13,005 bases of DNA from an uncultured Chloroflexia bacterium (lineage in GTDB: Bacteria > Chloroflexota > Anaerolineae > JAAYZQ01), in contig CAVOXA010000008.1 in assembly GCA_963700285.1 (NCBI GenBank), positions 1-13,005 of the forward strand, given 5' to 3'. The translations under genes and the position numbers were made by a program. This document shows, piece after piece, positions 7,821 through 13,005 of this stretch. The number at the start of each line of letters is the position of its first letter. Within the stretch, counting starts at the first letter, position 1. Below the pieces are notes generated by a model that worked only from the letters and a program-made list of their open reading frames with translations, searched no databases and had not been told where the DNA came from.

Positions 7821-8559
7821 ATGTCCGAAACAGCCAGAATGTGGATGGAAGTTACCTTCAACGTCGTCTATCTCATCGTCGTCTGGGGTCTCGTCATCGT
7901 CATGGCCCACCACGAGTCCGCCGTCGCCCCCGGCGACCGGCGCGTCGCCCGCCTTATCCGCTGGGCCTTTACCTTCCTGGCCCTGGGCGATACCGGCCAC
8001 GTCGGTTTTCGCGTCCTGGCCTTTGCCCAGGGCGACCTGCAAGCCACCGTCTCCATCTTTGGCCGGGAGTTCGGGCTCGTCGGCCTGGGCGCCCTTTCTA
8101 CCGCCATCACGGTCACTGTTTTCTACGTACTCATGCTCGAGGTCTGGCGCATCCGCTTTGACAAAAAGTACGGCCCTTTCGAGTACCTGCTCCTGGCCGC
8201 CGCCGTCCTGCGCCTGCTCATCATGATCCCTGCCGCCAACCAGTGGAACAACACCGTGCCGCCCCAGCCCTGGTCCCTGTATCGCAACCTGCCCCTGACG
8301 ATATTGGGCCTGGGCATCGCCTGTCCTCATCCTGCGCGACGCCCGCCGCGCCGGCGACCGGCCCTTTATCTGGATCGGCATCAGCATCCTGGTCTCCTAC
8401 GCCATGTACATCCCCGTCATTCTCTTTGTCCAGCAGGTGCCTACCATCGGCATGCTCATGATCCCCAAGACCTTGGCCTACGTCGCCATCGGCTTCATCG
8501 CCTATTTCAGCCTTTACCGCCAGCCGGCGGTCGTAGAGGAAGCCGTCCCGGCCGGCTAG
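7821..8559 (+). CDS. Uncharacterised integral membrane protein, 7 predicted TM helices (one apparent frameshift near 8322)
   Basis: After the shift the frame reads LILRDARRAGDRPFIWIGISILVSYAMYIPVILFVQQVPTIGMLMIPKTLAYVAIGFIAYFSLYRQPAVVEEAVPAG* (TAG 8557-8559). Polar motifs LGDTGH and YRNLP. AGGAGG at 7801-7806. Confidence 0.85.
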
Positions 8560-8566
8560 CCACAAC

Positions 8567-8657
8567 AGCTTGAACCGCCAACGTACCAGGCGCGTCGCAA
8601 AGGACGCAAAGAATGCCTGTCTGATTCTCTTGGTCTCCTTTGCGCCTTGGCGGTGAG
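8567..8657. repeat. REP-like palindrome, copy 2 of the 7691-7792 family
   Basis: Shares the start AGCTTGAACCGC and end GCGGTGAG with copy 1; IR ACCGCCAA 8574-8581 / TTGGCGGT 8647-8654; internal CGCAAAG repeats. Confidence 0.7.
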
Positions 8658-8668
8658 GGTATGCCTGC

Positions 8669-8724
8669 TTGACCTCTCAGACCACAAGGTGTATAATTGT
8701 ATTGAGTAATCAATCAATCAATTA
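8669..8724 (+). promoter_or_regulatory. Promoter and probable autorepression operator of the Phd-VapC operon
   Basis: TTGACC-17 bp-TATAAT (8669-8697), followed by ATTGA-N4-TCAAT (8701-8714) and AATC repeats; then the palindrome TAATCGATTA and RBS AGGAGG. Confidence 0.75.
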
Positions 8725-8742
8725 ATCGATTAGGAGGCCAGC

Positions 8743-9045
8743 ATGGACCGAGTGGTCAGTGCCACTGAAGCGCGCATTCATTTTGGCGAGCTAATGCGCG
8801 AGGCCGTGGAGACCGGTGAGCCGGTCATCGTCGAGCGTGGAGGAAAATCCACCGTCGTTGTCCTCTCTGTGGAAAGGTACGAGCGCTTGCTCCAAGGCCA
8901 ACCACGGGAGGATTGGAAGGAATTGGTCAGCCAGGCCCGGGCGCAGATCGAGGCCGACCTGGGCGGGCGTGCCCTGCCGCCGCCCGAAGAGATCCTGAGC
9001 GGGATGCGGGAGGAACGGGATGAGTACCTCGTGGCTCTGCGTTGA
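8743..9045 (+). CDS. Type II TA antitoxin, Phd/YefM family
   Basis: VVSATEARIHFGELMREAVETGEPVIVERGGKSTVVVLS is a typical Phd N-terminal domain; directly upstream of a PIN toxin. Confidence 0.92.
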   Translation: MDRVVSATEARIHFGELMREAVETGEPVIVERGGKSTVVVLSVERYERLLQGQPREDWKELVSQARAQIEADLGGRALPPPEEILSGMREERDEYLVALR

Positions 9046-9445
9046 CGCCACCCTGGTCATCCGTCTGGTCGCTGACCCGGCGGACGAGACTGTCCACCAA
9101 TGCTGGGAGCAGTGGGCCGCCGGAGGGCGGAATCTGGCCGCCCCCAGCCTGCTCTATTACGAAGTGGCCAATGCCCTGTACCGCTACCAGGCGCTGGGCC
9201 TAATGGGCGCCCCGTCGGTGCGAATGGCCCTCAAAGCCGCCCTGGCCCTGCCGCTTCATCTGTACGGTGAACCCGAGTTGCATCCCCGTGCCCTCGATCT
9301 GGCTGAACGCTTCTCCCTGCCGGCTGCCTGCGACGCTCACTATGTGGCCCTGGCCGAGTGGCTGGGCGGCGAGTTCTGGACCGCCGACCGGCGCCTGGCT
9401 CATGCTGTGCGGCACGAACTGCCCTGGGTGCATCTGGTGGGTTGA
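9020..9445 (+). CDS. vapC: Type II TA toxin, VapC/PIN-domain ribonuclease
   Basis: Acidic tetrad retained: CVDATL, YEVANAL, CDAHYVALA, WTADRRL; overlaps the antitoxin by 26 nt. Confidence 0.93.
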   Translation: MSTSWLCVDATLVIRLVADPADETVHQCWEQWAAGGRNLAAPSLLYYEVANALYRYQALGLMGAPSVRMALKAALALPLHLYGEPELHPRALDLAERFSLPAACDAHYVALAEWLGGEFWTADRRLAHAVRHELPWVHLVG

Positions 9446-9487
9446 GAGGACGCGAAAAGGAATCACTGGGCCGGCTGGCGACCGCTT

Positions 9488-9522
9488 CACCTTCCTGGAA
9501 GCTGGTAGTTTCCAGGAAAGTG
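9488..9522. terminator. Stem-loop downstream of vapC (terminator or short REP)
   Basis: CACC-TTCCTGGAAGCT-GGT-AGTTTCCAGGAA-AGTG inverted repeat; no U-tract. Confidence 0.45.
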
Positions 9523-9619
9523 GAAACCTGTGGGGCTCGATCCCAGGTCCCAGATGGACAAAAGTGCAGGCAGATCTCGAAAAGTACAGCAGATCGCCTG
9601 GTGGAGTGTGAGCACGACA

Positions 9620-10018
9620 ATGAGCAGAACTTGTAGAGAGCGCATCCTCGATTACCTCTGGTCTATTTCGCCCGACTATGCGACCAACGGCCAGATCCGG
9701 GAGGCCACCGGTATCGGCTCCCACCAGTAGGTCTATCTGCTTACCCAGAAGCTGATGTACTCCCATCTCATCTGTGGCGAGCAGCGGGGGCGACAGTGGA
9801 CCTTCTGGGCCGACGAATCGCCCGCCGTCCAACTGGCCTCACCGGGGCGAGCCTCGTACCGCGATCTGGCTGCCGGGGTTGAGGGGCAGGTCAGCCCCTG
9901 GGCCTTTGAGGATCTGGCGCGGGGTGTGATGAGTCAGCACTTTGGCATTCCGCTGGCGCCCGGACAGTTGCCTGGCGTGCCCAAGGAATGGGACATGGTG
10001 TCCCCCAAGGGCGACATC
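9620..10018 (+). pseudogene. Winged-HTH plus start of a PD-(D/E)XK-like nuclease domain; internal TAG and 3' truncation
   Basis: MSRTCRERILDYL...ATNGQIREATGIGSHQ*VYLLTQKLM...(in frame across TAG 9728-9730)...FEDLARGVMSQHFG...VPKEWDMVSPKGDI; no following (D/E)xK motif. Confidence 0.6.
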
Positions 10019-10109
10019 ATGCAGTCGGGGCACGCCCCAAGCCCGCTTGGGATGAGCTTGACGAGTTGCCATTGTGAATCAAAGGACGTCGCCAAGCCAT
10101 ATGCTGAGC

Positions 10110-10175
10110 TTGACAATGGAGGCAGGGTGGATAAAATACTAGATAGATATTGACAAATAGAGAGGTCTTTATCCA
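10110..10175 (+). promoter_or_regulatory. abiE promoter with imperfect inverted-repeat operator
   Basis: TTGACA-16 bp-TAAAAT (10110-10137); TGGATAAA 10128-10135 / TTTATCCA 10168-10175 bound two 23-bp arms separated by 2 bp. Confidence 0.65.
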
Positions 10176-10185
10176 GGACGGAAGA

Positions 10186-10794
10186 ATGGAAACGCCGGAA
10201 GCCAAGGAAATGGCCCTGGCCCTCTTTCGCGACCAGGGTGGCATCCTGACAACTACCGAATCCCTGGAGCTGGGCATCCATCCCCGTACGCTCTACGCCC
10301 TGCGCGACCGGGGAGCCCTGCAGCGGCTCAGTCGGGGCCTGTACCGCCTGGCTGACCTGCCGCCTCTCTCCCATCCTGACCTGGTGATTGTAGCCTGCCG
10401 GATACCCCGGGCCATTATCTGTCTGGTCTCGGCCCTGGCCTTCCATGGGCTGACGACCCAGGTCCCGCACACCGTCGACATTGCCCTCCCGGGCCAGACG
10501 TGGCGACCCCGTCTCGACCATCCCCCCCTGCGCGTCTTTAGGTTCTCCGGCCCAGCCTGGAGCGAGGGTGTAGAGGTACACGAGCTGGAAGGGACGCGTG
10601 TGCGCATTTACAGTCCGGAAAAGAGCCTGGCCGACGCCTTCAAGTACCGCCGCAAGCTGGGACTGGACATCGCCCTGGAGGTGCTGCGCGCCTATGTCGA
10701 GCGCGGCGACCTGCGGGCTGAGGCGCTGCTGCACTACGCCCGCATCTGCCGCGTCGACGAGGTCATGCGCCCCTATCTGGAGTCGCTGCTATGA
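10186..10794 (+). CDS. abiEi: Type IV TA antitoxin, AbiEi family
   Basis: GGILTTTESLELGIHPRTLYALRDRG.LQRLSRGLYRL (N-terminal wHTH), CLVSALAFHGLTTQVP, IYSPEKSLADAFKYR; ATGA overlap with the toxin. ATG 10186 is preferred over TTG 10150, which lies in the operator. Confidence 0.93.
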   Translation: METPEAKEMALALFRDQGGILTTTESLELGIHPRTLYALRDRGALQRLSRGLYRLADLPPLSHPDLVIVACRIPRAIICLVSALAFHGLTTQVPHTVDIALPGQTWRPRLDHPPLRVFRFSGPAWSEGVEVHELEGTRVRIYSPEKSLADAFKYRRKLGLDIALEVLRAYVERGDLRAEALLHYARICRVDEVMRPYLESLL

Positions 10795-11721
10795 CGCGCA
10801 ATGTAGCCGCTTCAGTCCACCAGCGCTTGCTCAACCGGGCGCGCAGCGAGGGTCGGCCCTTTGACGAACTGTTGCATTATTTTGTTCTGGAGCGTTTTCT
10901 CTACCGTCTGGGCCGCTCGCCCAACGCTGAGCGCTTTGTGCTCAAGGGAGCCCTGATGTTCCATGCCTGGCACGGCCCGCTGGCCCGGCCCACGCGGGAG
11001 GTGGACCTGCTGGGCCACGGGGCCAGCGACGTGGAGTCGGTGGTCCGGGTTGTCCGCGAGATTCTGCGGCACGCCGGTGCCGGAGGACGACGGCCTGTGC
11101 TTCCACGCGGAATCGCTGGCGGGGGAATCGGTCTCTGAGGCGGCCGAATACCGGGGCGTGCGGGTCCACGTTTTGGCCACACTGGGCAATGCGCGCATCC
11201 GCTTCCAGGTCGACGTGGGCTTTGGCGACGCGTTGGTGCCCGGTCCGGTCCCGGTGCGCTTGCCCGGACTGCTGGCGTTGCCCGGGCCCGAGGTCCAGGG
11301 CTACAGCCGCGAGAGCGCCATCGCCGAGAAATTCCAGGCCATGGTTTACCTGGGCGAGATCAACAGTCGCATGAAGGATTTCTACGACGTCTGGTGGCTG
11401 GCCACCCACTTTGCTTTCGAGGGACCGCTTCTGTCCCGGGCGGTCCGCGAGACCTTCCAGCGGCGCGGTACGGCGCTTCCAGTAGACCCAGTCGCCCTGA
11501 CGGGCGCCTTTGCGGCGCTGCCCGGCAAGCAGACGCAGTGGTCGGCCTTTGTCCGCCGCCACCCCCGGGACGTCGCGCCGCCGGCGCTGGGCGAAGCGAT
11601 CGGCAGCATCGCTGCCCTAATCTGGCCGCTCCTGCTGGCGCTTGCAGAAAACCGGCTCCTTGACCAGATCTGGCCGCCTGGTGGACCCTGGCGAGAGCAG
11701 ACAACTGATTCCGAGAGGTGA
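10791..11721 (+). CDS. abiEii: Type IV TA toxin, AbiEii/AbiGii nucleotidyltransferase (one apparent frameshift near 11065)
   Basis: ASVHQRLLNRA, ERFLYRL, FVLKGAL, RPTREVDLL; after the shift DDGLCF, QVDVGFGD, ESAIAEKFQAMV, NSRMKDFYDVW. Confidence 0.92.
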
Positions 11722-11849
11722 CAGGGTGGCGAGCCTTTGGCTACGAAGAGCTGATGGCCTGAGACAAGGTCAGCCTGGACATCTTTTGGCTGCGGGACGA
11801 GTCGTTGGAGGATACGGCCGGCCTGCCCGATCCCGATGTGCTGGCCGCG
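11718..11849 (+). pseudogene. hsdM: C-terminal fragment of a type I restriction-modification methyltransferase subunit, with internal TGA
   Basis: GWRAFGYEELMA*DKVSLDIFWLRDESLEDTAGLPDPDVLAA resembles the EcoKI-like HsdM tail (LDIFWL.DESL...LP.PDVLAAEI); TGA 11760-11762 sits where Arg (CGA) is expected. Confidence 0.8.
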
Positions 11850-12300
11850 CATGCCTTTCTGCGCCAGCGACTTGCTCTGGTCGAACAGCGGCTAGCAAAG
11901 CCAGACCGGGAATCGTTCTCCTACTTCTGGGGCCGGATCCAGCGTCAGACAAGTATCAAAAGACAATGGACAACCATCCATTATCGTCCAGAAGCTCATC
12001 TGTTGCGCAAGCTATTGGCCAAGACCCATGAAGGCCAGGCCCTGACTACACTTCGGGGGTGGCGATACCAATTGGGGGAGTTCTTGACCGACCATCGGCG
12101 ACGCCACCTGAAAATGCAGAGCGTACGACGCGTGGTGGAGGATGTCGTGGTATCGGCGACAGAGCATATCCCAGCCGCCTAGACCGCCTTCCGCCTGCTA
12201 CGTCGATCAGGGAGGTGCACGATGGATCATCGACGATCGCTTGCTGACCCTGCTGGATGATCTGTCTGAGCGGGTGCAGAAATGGCTTGATGAAGCATAG
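11850..12300 (+). pseudogene. C-terminal part of an unknown, probably helical, protein (one frameshift near 12120; no start of its own)
   Basis: HAFLRQRLALVEQRL...HRRRHLKMQ, then in the +1 frame AYDAWWRMSWYRRQ...WIIDDRLLTLLDDLSERVQKWLDEA* (TAG 12298-12300). Protein-like but unrecognised. Confidence 0.5.
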
Positions 12301-12309
12301 GAAAAGACT

Positions 12310-12802
12310 ATTCGTCTTTATCCCCATTACCTGGGCCAAGTTCGACCAGGCGGTCGGGATCAACGACCTCTACGACGACAGCCCCCTGGAAGATCGCCTC
12401 TGGGCCCAGCTCAAGCGCCAAAAGATCGCGGCCGAGCGACAGTGGGCGCTCAAGGTCAGCAAAGCCTGGTACTTTTTGGACTTTGCCCTGTTCTGCAGAG
12501 ATGGCCGCATTGACGTCGAAACCGACGGGGACACCTGGCACGCCGACCCCGAGCGCATCCCGGAGGACAATCGCCGCGACAATGCCCTGGCGTCGGCTGG
12601 CTGGTACGTGTTGCGTTTCAACGGCCACCAGATCCGCGAATCCCTGACCGAATATTGTGTCCCCAAAGTGACCAGGATGATCGAGCGCCTGGACGGCTTG
12701 AGCGAGGAGGGTCTGGTATCGCGCACCTTTCATGACACGCCCGGTGGCCTGGCCCAACAGTTGACCCTCTTTGAGGACAGGACAGACCACGACCTCGACT
12801 AA
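12310..12802 (+). pseudogene. DUF559/Vsr-like endonuclease domain, apparently lacking its N-terminal domain
   Basis: SPLEDRLWAQLK...ERQW...YFLDFALFC..GRIDVETDGDTWH...DNRRDNAL...GWYVLRF is a DUF559 signature. Sequence starts mid-motif (VFIPITWAKF) with no clear RBS; ATG 12290 could yield a short product. Confidence 0.75.
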
Positions 12803-12819
12803 GAAGTCGCATATTTCCC

Positions 12820-12870
12820 AGCCGGCTTGAGCCGGCGTTGCTTCGTAGCCGGGGCATTCATGCCCAGGCG
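12820..12870. repeat. Double-hairpin GTAG-containing REP-like repeat
   Basis: GCCGGC-TTGA-GCCGGC followed by GTAGCCGGGGCATTCATGCCCAGGC. Confidence 0.55.
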
Positions 12871-13005
12871 GCCAACTGGCAGCGCGTCGGCCGTCACATG
12901 GCGAGGACACAGAGCAGCGACATGAGATACCGTCTGTCAGAGTCCACTGTCTGATTGCCCGATTTCTGCCCGTCCGCTGATCCTACGGCCTATCCCAATC
13001 CAGCC

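Noticed and set aside
5873-8387. Long minus-strand ORFs (248, 364, 343 aa), and similarly 9934-10734 and 12308-12910
   Set aside because: Antisense to well-supported genes, with no recognisable domains.
1666-11762. Genome-wide stop-codon recoding suggested by in-frame TAG (1666, 9728) and TGA (11760)
   Set aside because: TAG and TGA both end well-defined genes here (oadB, S9 peptidase, abiEi), and the 9728 and 11760 stops are single C-to-T changes in fragments already truncated.
10015-11856. CATGC at two fragment junctions (~10018 and ~11850) as a recombination motif
   Set aside because: Only 5 bp, absent at the other junctions, and breakpoints are not precisely known.
8670-12870. Integron cassette array
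   Set aside because: No RYYYAAC...GTTRRRY attC-like sites seen at gene ends, no integrase, and junctions fall inside genes.

Overview
GC-rich bacterial DNA; the Pro/Thr-rich secreted protein, gene set and intergenic palindromes suggest Chloroflexota (Anaerolineae-like), by inference only. The left and centre (1-8560) hold housekeeping-type genes: the 3' end of a Na+-translocating decarboxylase beta subunit, a membrane-anchored TolB/PD40 beta-propeller protein, a stand-alone PP2C/SpoIIE-type phosphatase followed by a minimal P-loop kinase-like ORF, an orphan MoxR AAA+ ATPase, a small beta-barrel protein, an intact S9 peptidase and an uncharacterised 7-TM protein. Almost every intergenic gap contains a palindromic REP/MITE-like element, and several sigma70-type promoters are clear. 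The right side (8670-12800) is a defence/toxin-antitoxin patch: an intact Phd-VapC pair and an AbiEi/AbiEii type IV TA pair, interleaved with end-to-end fragments of other genes (wHTH plus truncated nuclease, HsdM C-terminal tail, an unknown protein, a DUF559 nuclease lacking its N-terminus). Many single-base indels, densest at 1200-4200, look like long-read consensus errors, so frameshifted genes there are probably intact in vivo. Best leads: the stitched fragment mosaic, the 7-TM protein with a Lys in its last helix, and two nested-palindrome elements sharing a terminal inverted repeat. All family calls are from motif recognition by eye; no searches were run.
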